From: the human T2T-CHM13v2.0 reference genome, Homo sapiens
Reading direction: 5' to 3' (one strand)
Assembly (NCBI RefSeq): GCF_009914755.1
Contig: NC_060936.1
Length of the DNA: 64,000 nt
A program made the translations under genes and the position numbers. Below the pieces are notes generated by a model. It was not told where the DNA came from and searched no databases. It worked only from the letters and a program-made list of their open reading frames with translations. This document shows positions 17,701 through 33,994 of the stretch, in pieces. Position 1 is the first letter of the stretch, and each line of letters begins with the position of its first letter.

Positions 17701-18504
17701 TTATGCAAGTCATTCAATCTCCCTGGGCCTCAGTTTCTGCAAAATCACGGTGGTACACGGAGCATGCAAATCATGCAAAATCATGGTGGTACAGATTATT
17801 TAATTGCTCGGGCACTTGGTGGTGATAATGCTCGGGGACGCTCATGAGGCCACAGCCAGGAAGCAGAGCCAACCACAACCGGTCCCTCAATCCTGAAGTT
17901 CTATGAAATCGAGGCTCCCAGGCTTCTGGAGGGTGATGGCAGTTGGAGGTTCACTGTATCTTTGAAGAAGCACCCTTTCTTTGTCAGGCACCCAAAGGGC
18001 CTCTTGATCCCGGCCCAGGGATAGGCTACATGTGCTTCCACAAGAGAAGTAGATTGTCTCCCCATCACTGGGATTTGTGTGGGGCCTCCTTTTTCTTGGG
18101 GGTGTGGAACTCAAGGTGGGTGTCGGCTCAGGGTCTCCAAGCCCAAAAGCTTTGCATGTTAATGCCTGCATATATACCCAACCACAGCAGCTTAGGTGCA
18201 TATAAACTGATGTTAGGCCCACATAGACATAGTCCACGGCAGACCCTCACCCAGCCCACCTTCCTCCACCTCATTATTATTATTGTTATTATTTAAGCGC
18301 TGTACTTTGTCTAGTCCCTAATGTGAGCCAGGTGTATTATAATTAATAGTATAACATCTGAGATTCAGAGAGGTGAAAACACTTGCCTAAGATTCACAGC
18401 TAGTAAGTGGCCCAAGACAGGGAAAGACTTACACAGATGATCGGAGCTAGGCAGAGGGGAAAGGAAAGGGACATGCAGAGGCAATGTGACAGAGAGAAGA
18501 AAAC

Positions 18505-18632
18505 TCCTGGGTGTGTGGGGTGGTTCATGCCTGTAATCCCAGCATTTTGGGAGGCTGAGGTGGGTGGATCACTGGAGGTCAGGAGTACGAGACCAGCCTG
18601 GCCAACATGGTGAAACCCCATCTCTACTAAAA

Positions 18633-18669
<37 letters not shown>

Positions 18670-18846
18670 TAGCCAGGTGAGGTGGCGCACGCCTGTAATC
18701 CCAGCTACTCGGGAGGCTGAGGCAGGAGAATCTCTTGCACCCAGAGGCAGAGTTGTAATGAGCTGAGATTGCCCCACTGCACTTCACCGTGGGTGACAGA
18801 GCAAGACTCCGTCTCAAAACAAACAAACAAACAACAAAAAAAAAAC
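18505..18846 (+). mobile_element. AluS with (CA)n in the central linker
   Basis: tactaaaaatacacacaca...caaaattagcc; TSD gaaaactcc. Confidence 0.9.
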
Positions 18847-19818
18847 CCCGAAAACTCCCATCTCCCTTTCCTCCCAGCCCTAAATTGGGCATTAAGCTGG
18901 ACTGTCCTTGACATGACCACAGACACCCGAAGCCAGAGTCCCAGGAAGTCCATTGTTTCTGCAATTATTGGTATTATTTAAGCTGTGAACAATATCTGCA
19001 GAAATGTGCTGATGGATGCTTTGGGGTTGATTTATCCTGAGATTCCCATTCCTTGAGACTCTGTGGGGGAGCTGACCTTTTCACTACAGAAATTTTAGGC
19101 TTTCTGCATCTGCTCCAGGAAATGGGAGGAGTAAAGGATGCCACCAGGCACTGGGAGGCATGGGGTGCACTGCGGTGTCCCTCCAGTTAGAGTCAGGTGG
19201 AGCCTTGGGCATTATGTTACAGACTCAGAGAGGGACACTGACTTGGCCAAGGCCACCCAGAGTCAGGGAAGGCATTTGGCCTCCAACCTCAACGCGAACT
19301 TGCCCTTGCCAGGTGCTGCGGGCTGCCTGGGGGTGCTTTGAGCTGCAGTGGGGAGGAATTGTGGGGCAGAGGGAATGGTGATGGGGTGTCTCCTTAATGG
19401 CCCCAGGGGTCATGTGGCGGGTGGCCAAGCTCTGACTCTTGCCTCCCACCTCTCCATGCCTGAGTGCTGTCCTGGTTAGGGCGGGCAGGCATTTTGTTCA
19501 CATTAGGGGCTGGAGAGGTGGCCACTTGGGAAGGAGCAAAGGAAAGCAGGGTCTGGAGGGTGATGCAGGGGTGGAGGAGTGCTTGCGGCGGTAGGCTGTG
19601 AACAAAGGGGCCTGCATTGGATCAGGCAGGGCCACTGAGTGACGATTCACAGGCCAGCAGGGAGGGGCACGCTGCCGGACCCACACAGATGGGGCAGGGA
19701 GGAGAGCAAGGAGACTCAGAGTCAAACTCATGCAGAAAAGAGAGCGGGATCCAGATAAACACAGAAAAGAGAGATGGAGGCAGGTCTGGAGGCAGAAAGA
19801 TAGAGACAGGGTACTCAG

Positions 19819-19840
19819 GCATGCGCGTGCATGCACGCGT

Positions 19841-19882
<42 letters not shown>
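19819..19882. repeat. Alternating purine-pyrimidine tract ending in (CA)n
   Basis: gcatgcgcgtgcatgcacgcgtg then (CA)n. Confidence 0.9.
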
Positions 19883-19886
<4 letters not shown>

Positions 19887-19984
19887 GTACAGACAGCAGA
19901 GATAGAGTGAAATGGGAGAACTAGTCAATGTGATTTGTGGCCAGCAGTGGACAGAAAACCAAATCAATGTAAATTAATTTCATT

Positions 19985-20290
19985 TGGTTTTGTTTTAGAG
20001 ACAGGGCCTTGCTCTGTCACCCAGGCTGTAGTGCAGTGGTGTGATCATGGTTCACTGCAGTCTCCAACTCCTGAGCTCAAACAAGACTCCTGCCTCAGCC
20101 TCTTGAGTAGTGAGGGCCACTACTTTCTTCATTTTTATAAATAAAATAATTTATTTTTATTTTTATTTTTTGTAGAGATAGAGTCTTGCTATGTTGTCCA
20201 GTCTGACCTTGAACTCCTTGAACTCCCATTGAGTCTTCCCAATGTGCTGAGTTTACAGATTTGAGATGGCTTGAGCCACTGGACCCAGCC
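19985..20290 (-). mobile_element. Diverged AluJ
   Basis: Antisense dimer, degraded linker. Confidence 0.8.
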
Positions 20291-21010
20291 TAAGCGGTTT
20301 TCAATAACCCTACTTCCACCCCAGAACACCCTATCTCCAATTTAAAATTTTCATCTTGCCAGGTCTGGAGTGGCCATCTGAGCATGGGCTCTCCAAGGCT
20401 GTCTGTGGCTAGGCAGGGCCTCAAGCAGACACTCATTGGGCACACAGAGTCCATGTCCAGCGGTAGGGACATGAGTGTATGCACACACGTGTATCACAGG
20501 GTCATAGGACCTCCCCAAGATACAAGCATCCTCATCGAATATGTGTGCACACACTCATGAAGGTCCAACACACACACACACATACACACTTTAATTGCTG
20601 CAGCATGCTCCTGTGAGCACACATTTTTGCTGAGCACCTAACATATTCCAAGTTCTAGGCTGAGCATTAAAGGCAGAGAAAAACACAGAAAAGGGAAGGC
20701 TGTCTCTCAGTCTCCCAGAGGGAGGCTGCTGGGGTGCTGGGCACAAGGACTGTCCCTCTGGATCCAGGGCATAAGGACTGCCCCTTTGTCATTGGGAATG
20801 CCCAAAGACAGGGTCTGTGGTAGGGCAGAAGTGTGTCCTCCCACCACAGTCAGGAACAAGAACATCCACCCAAGGGCAGCTGAGCTTGGGATAAGTTCAG
20901 GGCCTCCCAGAGTGTAGATTCTGTCCTTTCTTCACCTGAATTTCCTCCATTGACATGAGAAATCAGGAAGCTGGGGAGGGGATTCCTGGCCCTCCATCAA
21001 CCCTCAGAAC

Positions 21011-21146
21011 TGGCTGGGTGTGGTGGCTCATGCCTGTAATCCCAGCTACCTGGGAGGCAGAGGTGGGTGGATTGCTTGAGCCCAGGAGTTAGAGACCAGC
21101 CTGGGCAACGTAGTGAGATCCCATCTCTGCAAAAAATAAAAAAATC
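21011..21146 (+). mobile_element. FLAM / Alu left monomer
   Basis: Left arm plus A tail. Confidence 0.82.
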
Positions 21147-21429
21147 TCAGCATAACTCCCCTCCAATATCTGTTTCTTTGGGGAGTCAGGCATGGGAGCC
21201 TACCTGTCTCCTACTTCCAAATAGAGGACTGGCCCCCTACCCCAAAGGGGATCCTGTGGGAAAAGGGGAAAGGTGTGTGATTTCCTTTTGTTCTTGCCCC
21301 GGCATCCTGAGAGGATGTGAATTTCCTTCATGCTGGGGTGAGTGTAATGGTGACACCCAGTTGCTGCTCCCAATGCGAGCTGGTCTTTCTTGAATTTCAT
21401 TTCAAACATCCTAATGTTTGTAACAATGG

Positions 21430-21660
21430 CCAACATTTATTGAATGCACACCACGCACAGGGCACTATTCTTAGCACTTCGCAAATACGGCCTCATAAAA
21501 GGCTCAGAACAGCTCTGTAACTTAGGAGTAATTATCGTGAAGCCCATTTTACAGATGAAGAAACTGAGACCCAGGGAGGGGAGGGCATTTGCCCAAGCTC
21601 ATATGGCAAAAATTCACAGGCAGACAGGCTCACTTCAGAAGTCAAGCTTTTAACTGACAT
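21430..21660 (-). mobile_element. MIR
   Basis: cccattttacagatgaagaaactgagacccagg. Confidence 0.8.
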
Positions 21661-22808
21661 TCGCCCTTGTAGCCAGGGTTTCTCATCTAGCTCTGTAGGC
21701 CCCAGAAATGGACAAGATGTGGTGGGGTGTGTGTGTGTTTATTTGTGTGTGTGCATATTCATGGGTGTTGTAGGTGGTATAGATTCCAGGGGTCGGCCAG
21801 AGGCTACACTGGGATTGAAACAGCAGAGGCCCAAGCCAGGGAGAACTTTCAAGGAGAGCCGCCGTTTCCTCTGACTGCAAAGGAGGCCTCATCCAAGCCC
21901 ACCAGCTCATTTACGCTTCACTTTTGGTTCTGCAGCAGAGTTGCAGAGCGTCCCGGCTCTGCGCCCAGCCTGCCTGCCGTGTAACAAGATAGTTTATATT
22001 ATACCGCCAAGCAGAAATAAAACTACCGAGTCAAACATTGCAAACAGATGCCGTGGCCAGAGCTCAGGGTCCGTGGCCAGATGCTCTTGTGAGCACCCGG
22101 GGAGGGGAGAAGCTGAGTCTGGTCTCTGCAGACTCTGCAGGTTTGGGGGTGCGGGTGCTGCTGGAATTGGAGCGTTGGGGGTCGCCGAGGGGCTTTCAGA
22201 AATGGAGACAGGAAGAAATAAAAGTAGAGAAGGGGCGTAACTTTCCTTTCTCTCTTTCACTTACTCCTTCCCCACACATAGTTCAACTTTGTGATTTGCC
22301 AATTTCTCCATTTTCATGGCACTTGCTTCCATGTAGAGATAAAGCCTAGGAAGGGATGGTTTTAGCCTCTCTGAAGTCCCCACTGGTTCTCCTAAAATAC
22401 CCTAAGTAAACCATGCAAAGTCTCCTAAACCCTCTTTTAATAAGATTCTGCCTCGGAGCTCACAAGAAAGTTCTGGAACTTCTATCCTTATTCCTCATGT
22501 GGTCTCCTAACCCTTCTCTCCCACCCACCCCTGGTTCCTCTACTGAAGCTCCTAGACTGCAGCCGGCATGCCCTTCTTTAAGCACATAACTGAAAGCGTC
22601 ATGCTCTTACTCTCAAACCTTCAGTGGTTCTCTATTGTCCCCAGTAGAGTTCCTCAGTTCTCTGAAGAGTGCATGCATCAGAGCCCTCTGGCCCAGATTC
22701 CAGGGCCACACTCCTGACCTATAGAATCCAACTTCTCCTGGTCTAGGAATCTGCAGTGCAAATAATCTTAAAATCTTTCTGGAAAAAGACAAGGTGTATT
22801 TATTATTA

Positions 22809-23420
<612 letters not shown>

Positions 23421-23838
23421 AGTCCATTATCCCCAAGGATGCGGGGTTGATGCTCCAGGTGGAGGCAGGGCTAGCAAAGGCTTTGAGGCGGGGGAATTGC
23501 AAAACAGGATTTTAGACATTTAGACTTAAGCGGCATCACAGACTTGGGAAGTAGGTGAGAAAAATGAGGAAATGGGAATCTTTGCTATCTTAGGCTGCTT
23601 ATCTTTCCCAGAATCTTATCTTCCTTTCCCAGGAAGTCCCCCGGAGGTGCCTGCAGCACTCCTAGAAATGTTGGTTGAATGAATGAAAGAAGGTTGGTAG
23701 GAGAGGAGGGGGAGATAAAAGATACAAAAAAGAGGAAGGAACAAAAAAGAATGAATCAGAAGATTTAAAAAAGAGGAGGAGGCCCCATTGTGTAATTCAT
23801 GAACTTGAGAAGCTATTTGGAGTAGGGATAAAAACATT

Positions 23839-23871
<33 letters not shown>

Positions 23872-25134
23872 AACAGGCACAGACTTTCAAAGCAATCAAA
23901 ATAACTCTGATTAACACTCACCCACCCTCTCTCTCTCAAACTCATTTCCTCCCAGCCAAGGCCCAGGGCAGACACGACTGACTGTAACCCTAAGAGGGAG
24001 GAAAAGCTTGAGCAATTATTTTTATACCAAAAAAAAAAAAAAAAAAAAAAACCCTCAAAGATGCAGGCGTGCTCAGGGCCCCAGCCGAGCACTTTGAGCT
24101 TTGAGGTTTGAGCCTGTCGTATGCCCTTACTACCAGCACCCCATCTCTAAGCCTTCCTTCTCTCCCAGCCCCCACATGGTCTGGCCTCTATCTCCTGCCC
24201 GCCTGTGACTGACGGGCCAGGCCAGGCACCCCCAGAGACCACCCCCCTCCCCAGCTGGGGGCCTGTCCCCTCTGAAACTGATCCTGTACCTTTGGATCTA
24301 ATTTGTTTCTCTGTCTGCCGGGTTTGGGGGGGTCTTGCCTGGAGACATGGTGGTCACAGGTGACATTAATCACGTCTGCATCTTCCGAGGGCTGAGGATA
24401 GGATATCAGAGAGGTGACCAAGCATTGGCCACATGATTCAAATCATCCCAGCATTGATTAATTGGGTTCATCCTGAGTTTCTGAATCATAACAACTGTTT
24501 TTCTCCTTCACCTCACGTCAACAGGCCCTTAAAGGGGAAGGATCCGTTTACCCATCGCATGTGGTGCATTAAGTTGATCAGCTCCTATTAAATGTTAAAC
24601 GCTGGATGCGTTTTAGACAAACTCGATTTGCTCAAGATACTTTTCAAAGGTTCTGTGATGATAATTAGACATCTCTCTCCCTGCCTCGCCCCTTCCTCCG
24701 GCTTTCCTGGGACATGTTTTGGCTCCGGCCTCTGACAGATGGGATGAGGGAACGTGTGGGCTGATAGAGAGGGTCCTTTGGAGGGGGAACTGGATGCGGG
24801 GAGAGCCCCCTTAGGCTGTTTAAAAGAGATACAGTTTCTGAAAAGTTTAATAAGGCAGAAAACAATCCCGGATGCCAAATTTGCCTTCCAAAAGCTAACT
24901 ATTCGGAATGCCTCCTGCCCCTACATGGAGGAGAAAATAGCGTTTCTCTAGCCAAAAAAGCTGTTTTCTAGAGAGGAGAAATTCTGTTTCTGCACGGGGA
25001 TGGGTGCTGGAAGCTTAGTGACAAAAATGCAGAAACAAAACCCAGTTCTAATGCAAATCGGTGAGAGGAGAAAGAAAATCAGTGAGACGAGGATCAGCAT
25101 GAAACAATAATCAAAGCTCAGGCTCATTTCTTTT

Positions 25135-25740
25135 CTCACTTTTGTTTTTGTTTTGTTTTTGAGACAGTCTCACTCTGTCGCCCAGTCTGGAGTGCAATGG
25201 TGTGATCACGGTCACTGCAACCTCTGCCTCCCGGGTTCAAGCGATTCTCCTGCCTCAGCCTCCCAAGTAGCTGGGATTACAGGTGAGTACCACCATGCCC
25301 AGCTAATTTTTGTATTTTTAGTAGAGATGGGGTTTCACCATGTTGGCCAGGCTCTTCTCGAACTACTGACCTCAGATGATCCACCCGCCTCGACCTCCCA
25401 AAGTCCTAGGATTATAGGCATGAGCAACCATGTGTGGCTTTTTTTTTTTTTTTTTTTTGAGACAGGGTCATGCACTGTTACCCAGGCTGGAGGGCAGTGG
25501 TGCAATCACAGCTCACTGTAGCCTCAACTTCCTGAGCTCAAGTGATCCTCCCATCTCAGCCTCCTGAGTAGCTGGGACTACAGGTGGGCACCACCATGCC
25601 CAGCTAATTTTTTATTTTTTGTAGAGACGGGGTTTCGTTGTGTTGTCCAGGCTGTTTTCCAACTCCTGGGATCAAGTGATCCCCCAGGCCAGGCCTCCCA
25701 AAGTGCTGAGATTACAGGTGTGCACAGCTGTGCCTGGCCC
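25135..25740 (-). mobile_element. AluJ (25439-25740) with an AluS (25140-25438) inserted in its tail
   Basis: A single TSD aggctcatttctt flanks the pair (25120 and 25741). Confidence 0.88.
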
Positions 25741-25929
25741 AGGCTCATTTCTTACTCTGTTTCTCTCTTGCCTGTTAAAGAGAGCAGTTCAGCAGGGCTG
25801 CTATCACACTGGGTGAGTGACCTTGGAAAAGTCACTGTGTTTAACCTGAATCTCAGCCTTCGGTCTACAATAAGAAAATTAATACTATTCACTTCCACTG
25901 AGAAGTTAAAACTAAAATAAGGAATTTAA

Positions 25930-26040
25930 ATCCCAGCACTTTGAGAGGCCGAGGTGAGAGGATCACTTAGACCCAGGAGGAGTTAGAGACCAGCCTGGGC
26001 AACACAGGGAGACCCCATCTCTACAAATAATATTTAAAAA
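25930..26040 (+). mobile_element. FLAM fragment
   Basis: tcccagcactttgagaggccgagg...accccatctctac. Confidence 0.75.
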
Positions 26041-26982
26041 GGAGGAATTTTAGTCAAATGGCTCAGCAAATGCTGGGTTCTTGGCAGACACTTGCCTAAT
26101 AAATGTCTGTATGTTGGGGTGAGGGGTGGTGCTGTGCCAAAGACACCCTGGCCCTTCATATGTGTGGATTGGTTTGGTTCACAATGTTTCAAAATGTAGA
26201 TGAGCTCCGAGGTTTAGCCAAAGGGACATTTTTGGCTGGAAAACATGAAAATGTAGAGCCAGCCTCCTAGTGTGGGCCTGGAAGCCCCCAGCAATGTTGG
26301 ACTAAATAGTAAATTGGAAATTGATGAGCATGTCTGGAAGCCTTTCAGGGAGAATGGAGGCCGTTGACCCCCCACATAGCAAAAACCTCCCAGGAATCCT
26401 TGTCAGCAGTGTTTTGTCTCCTAATAACATGTTCAGTTATTTGAAATGACCCTGATCCTCTGTGAACACAGGCTTGTTTTCGGTGATGGACAGAAGGTGA
26501 GGAAGGTATTAGACAGGTTTGTCCAAACCCTGTGTGCCCTGGATGGGCTTTGGACTGCGGTGAATCTCATCACCATGAACCATGTTTCCCTGGTGGCTGC
26601 TGCTAATTGTTCTGTGGAATGACTGGGCTTTCCCGGTGCTCTGGCAGACAGAGGATGGACAGGCAGGCCACATATGGGGAAATAGGCAGAGATGGGGTAG
26701 AGGCCATGTAAGGAGAGGGAGAGACAGAGACAGACAGAGGAGAAATAGACAAAGAATGAAAGAGTCAGGCAGAGAGAGAGAGAGAAAGAGAGAGACGGAG
26801 AGGGAAGAGATAGAGGTTAAAAGTTTAAAAGTCTGAGAGCATGAAAGAAGCAGCAGAAGAAAAAAGAAAAGGGAGCGAGACAGAGAGAATTACCCACAAA
26901 TTCTCTTTTCTACAGAAGAACAGAGCCAAGGAGAGGGTCAGAAATACAGACAACACCTGCAAAACAGAAACATGAAAACTCA

Positions 26983-27290
<308 letters not shown>

Positions 27291-30200
27291 ATAGGGAACA
27301 AGTGAATGAGCAGCGAGGGGACTTGCAAGGTAATATCTGGCACATGGAGGTGCTCTATCCCTAGGAAGCTGGCTGTCTTTTCTCTCCCAGAACATCGAGT
27401 CCCTCTCAGTGTCACCAGACCTCAAAGTCCCCCGGCTAGCCTGGTGCTCTTAGGGACACTACTGGGATATCACAAGTTAGACATCAGGGCTGCAAGGTGG
27501 GATTCCCTCAGGGGAGGCATGAACTGTGGAGAGGATCAAAGGGAGCTGGGGCCTTGGATTCACTGGCAGGACTGCCAGTAGGGCCCACAGGCCTCAATTC
27601 CTGGCGGAACCCCCAGGAAACATTCTGATGTGCAGATAGACATGCTCCAACTTCATGCAGGCGGCCTCCTCGCTCCCTCCCTCCCTCCTCGTCTTCCATG
27701 TTCCTTGAAATCACAGTTGAGGGTTGGTGAATGTTTAATTGAACTCAAGAGATAGCAGGGTCCTGCTTGAGTTTGTTTCCTTGTGTATACCATGACCATT
27801 GGAGTAAGCTGGAGTCTGCCTTACCAAGTTGTCCAAAGACCCGATGGCATGGTGTTAGTGCACTTTGGCGGAAGAACGTGCTCGTTTGGAGCGAGACATT
27901 CTTGGGAGGAGATCAGTTCCCTGAACCTTAGTCTCCTCCTGTGTGAAATGGGGGTGATATTATACAAATACGTCTCTGGCTGCATTGCTGGGAGCCGTAA
28001 ATGTGATTGCTAATGCTGAAAGTGGAACCCGCGCCTGGCACATAGTAAGCGCTCGGCACTTGGCGGCTCTGGAGTGCTTAGAAGACAGAAGCCAGATCGC
28101 TATCCTGGACAGGGGGTGATATATGGTATCGAGCTCTGACTGAGAATTGAATTCAACCTCAGCCGGAGAATTAGAACATTGTGATTAGAAACAAGAAGAG
28201 GGAAGGGACAAAACAACCTGTCTTCAAGTGCATGATGACAGAGCACAGACTTTCCTGGCAGCCCGAGGGGCTGGGGAAGGACAGGGCAGATCATATTAAT
28301 AACAATAAATTATATCTGCACTATGATTTATGGGTCCTGATGTGCTTCTCATTATGCTATCTTACAGTACCGTAGGAAGGGCTTATTATCCTTACTGCTG
28401 TGTGTTGCAGTGGTTTTAGTGTAATTGTTGCTGTTAGTGACCGTAGTGTTATCCATGCTATTATTGATGTTATTTCTCCTTGTTTCCAAATTGGGGAAAC
28501 TGAGGCTCGGAGAGAGCTAGCGACTTAACCAAGGAAAAGGTTGGTGCTAGGATTCAAATCTAGGTTTTTTTTAGTCCTGGAGTTTTATTCTGGCTGCATT
28601 CTACGCTCTTACAATCCCCTTTCCACCCTGCCATTTTGCAACCTCTTTGGTCTGGGGAGTCTTGGTCCCTGTTTCCCACAATGGACAGTTTTCTCTCCTT
28701 GTTAGCCAGGGGTGATGGGGCTCAAGGGTCCTTTCTGTCTAACCACGAGGGCTTCCCTCTGCCTATAACCAACCAGCACTCCATCCCCAGGCCTATTCCT
28801 CCCTCATGGGAGCTCCAAGTTCAGTAAGAATCCCTGCAGGCAGCTACCCATTGCAAGGCAGGCAGGGGTGACACAGATTTGAACTTGAACTTTCAAGTCT
28901 TCCCCTTGGCTGGCCTCACTTTTGTCTTTGAACTCAGCAGCAGCCTGGCTGGTGGTTTACCCCACTTGTTCTCCTTCACTGCCTTCTCCTTTCCTTCTCT
29001 TCTCCCAAAGCCTGCTCAGGACTGAGTTGGTTAGGGACCAGGTTCATTTAGCATTTGCAGGATGAGCTATTTCAAGAATGTGCAGATTCAGTCTTGGAAA
29101 TGGCAGAGGAGAAGCCTGGCTTGGCTTCTGAGCAGGAGAACAAATGAACCCCTGACCCCCCGCCCTTTCCCCATCCTGCGATTTCCTTTGTCTCAATCCA
29201 AAATCCCCCTTTACATGATCCTGGAGGCTTCCTAATAAAATAGAACTGTAACTTTATCTAAGACGAGTGCAGCACATGTAGAATGGATAAGGTGTAATTA
29301 ATAACAGAAAATAATGCTTCCCCCTCCTGACCTTTCACCCTCATATAAGTGTCTTAAGTTTTATGACAGCTAAGCACAAAATTAGTGTGTGCATGCATGC
29401 GTGCATGTGTGTGTGTGTGCGTGTACTTCAGTGTGTGCGTTTGAGCTGAACCTATGTGGGGCCAATACGTCTGTCTAGTGAGCATTCACCTCACCCTGGC
29501 TGGAACTGGTTTACGTTTCTGGGTAGACTGGCCTCTCGCTGAACCCGGGAATTGCCTGAAACTGATCTGATTTCTTGAAGTGAGGATTCTGTCTGCATCA
29601 CAAAATACCCCATGTCTACTTGTATGCAAATGTTTGGACAATGCAGAAAGCATGTATATATAAAAATACAAGGATGGCACGTGAGCATGAGCATGCACAC
29701 ACACGCACACACACACTCACATACTCACACTCACACACACACTATCCTTTGGGTTGTCTGTGATATTTTAGAACCCCAGGGGATGCTGGGGCAGGGCTAT
29801 TGATACTTATTTGTGTACCTAACAGTGGGCAGGAAAGCAAGATGAGCAGTTCATTGGTTTTGATGCCGGAAATTCTTTGGACATACAAAGATCTCACGAT
29901 GGAAAATACTCTCTTCAGCAATTGCAGTGCTCCTAATCCCCAGCATGGCATCTTCCTTGCTATTTATCTAGGGGCCAGAGAAAGACACGCGCTCGACTTA
30001 GCAAGATAGGGGCTAGACAAACCACGGTGAGGAAAACGGCACCTACAAGTCTTCCCAGACAGCTGTCTGCAGTTGAAATTGAAGTGAGTTCGAACCGATA
30101 CTGTTTATCTTAATGATTCCACGGCTATGTTCGTTTTAAGTAATATTATCTTTCTTTAAAAGGTCACTGGGCTGGCCCAAGCTATTGGTTTCTCATGATT

Positions 30201-31269
30201 CATTACGTTTGATGTTCAACTTTTCTCGAAGTCCGCAACACCAACCTCTGGGTTAATGGAAGCCACACCAGCCATGAAGCCAGTAGCTTTGAATCCTCCC
30301 TGGATGGGGAGGCCTGGGCCAGGTGGAGTGAGCTGCTTGCTTTTGATCAGCAGTGCTGATGTGAACCAGAGGTCACGCATGTTTGGGGCCTGTGTGTTAG
30401 CTCTACCAGACAGCAGCAACTGGGCCTCGACACTCCCTCCCACCCCAAGCCCCTCGAGTTTCGTTTTCCATGGTTGTCCCTCTGTGGGCCGACTTTTTCA
30501 AGACCCCTAGGGCACCAGAAGGACTTTTGCTGGGGGGAGATCCAGAGCCCTAAATCACTGGAGAAGTCCCCTTTGTCCACTCCAGGGGTCTTCCTCTTTC
30601 CATCCTTGGCTGTTCCAGACACAGATACACCAGTTCCCGCTCCCTCAGGGAATTTCTGCTCACCAGTGACAGGTGGATTTGCAGGGAGATCTCTTCCTCG
30701 CAGTAGAGTCTTTGGGTTGTTGAGTTCTTTTATGGGCATGCTTGAACTCTGGAGAGCCCCCAGACTGACAGCCACCTCTGTCTGCTAAATCGATTGTAAA
30801 TTTTCCTGGCATTATGTCATCCTGTCATCCTTTTACAGATGCTTTTGCCTGCCATATTTTTATGACTCTTCTTCCAAGAGGGGCTGCATGGAGGGTGGTG
30901 GGTCAGCGTTATTTATCTGGAAGGAGAAGAGCAGGAGAATTTCTTATCACTGGTATCAGAAAGTGGGATTTCCCACTTATCACCCCCTCTTTGGCTTTGA
31001 AGTTTAAAGGCAACACCAACTGGCTGGATCAAGTAGTTTAGGGAGTTCCTTAGGCTGCCATCTTTATAAAATTGACAATGACCAGAAAATGGGGGACTCC
31101 CACCCTCCCCTAATTTCATATCCTCCTAGATACTTAAAATCACAGTAGACCAGCCCTGGAGTTTGTTTCCAGGACAAGAAGATCTTGACTGGATTAACGT
31201 ATTTCCCAATGGAGGCTCTGAGGCTTTGGCAAACATAATAAGAGGAGCAGCTCTTAAACAACAACACTT

Positions 31270-32721
<1,452 letters not shown>

Positions 32722-32871
32722 CCAGTGAACACCTTTCTAGATCTCTCTTTTCAGATTGTTTGCTAACCTGCTTTTACAAAGCTTAGCAATATAGAATGTG
32801 CTTCTCCATGCCAATAAATCTGTCTCTACACCAGGAGCTCAGTTGTGTTCCACTGTCAGGAGGCATCATGG

Positions 32872-33172
32872 GCCAGGCTCAGTGGCTCATGCCTATAGGC
32901 CCAGCAATTAATTTGGGAGGCCAAAGTGGGTAAATTGCTTGAGCCCAGGAATTCAAGACCAGCCTGGACAACATGGTCAAGCTTCGTCTCTATAAAGAAT
33001 TTAAAAGTTAGCTGGGTGTGGTGGTGTGCTCCTGTAGTTCCAGCTACTTGGGAGGCCGAGGCAGGAAGATCCCTTGAGCCCAGGAGGTCAAGGCTGCAGT
33101 GAGCCACGATCGTGCCACTGCACTGCAGCCTAGGCACAAAGTGAGACCCTGCCTCAAAAAAAATAAAATTAA
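32872..33172 (+). mobile_element. AluJ
   Basis: Sense dimer. Confidence 0.88.
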
Positions 33173-33299
33173 ATTGAATTGAAATTTTATGACACACCAG
33201 GCTTTAGCTAATACCCGCCCCCTGCAGTTGTATAGGTAGCTTATTTCCAGTTGTTCACAAACACCTCTCAGCTTAGTTGCCAACACTTTTATCAGATGA

Positions 33300-33762
<463 letters not shown>

Positions 33763-33994
33763 TGATGAGTAGTCCAGAGGTGGGCTGCTGCCCTGTGAGG
33801 TCACCAGCATCCCAGTTTTCTCTATTACACTTCCACCGTCTTCAGTATTTTCTCTTGTTATTCTCATGCTTGCCTCTTGTTCAATGATGTCTGACTAAGC
33901 TCCAGGCATCACATCTCTGCCATTAAGACAAAGGAGTGGCACCAGAAAGAAGGCTTTCCTCTTCAGCATTTCTCCTTTATAAGAAATCAAAACT

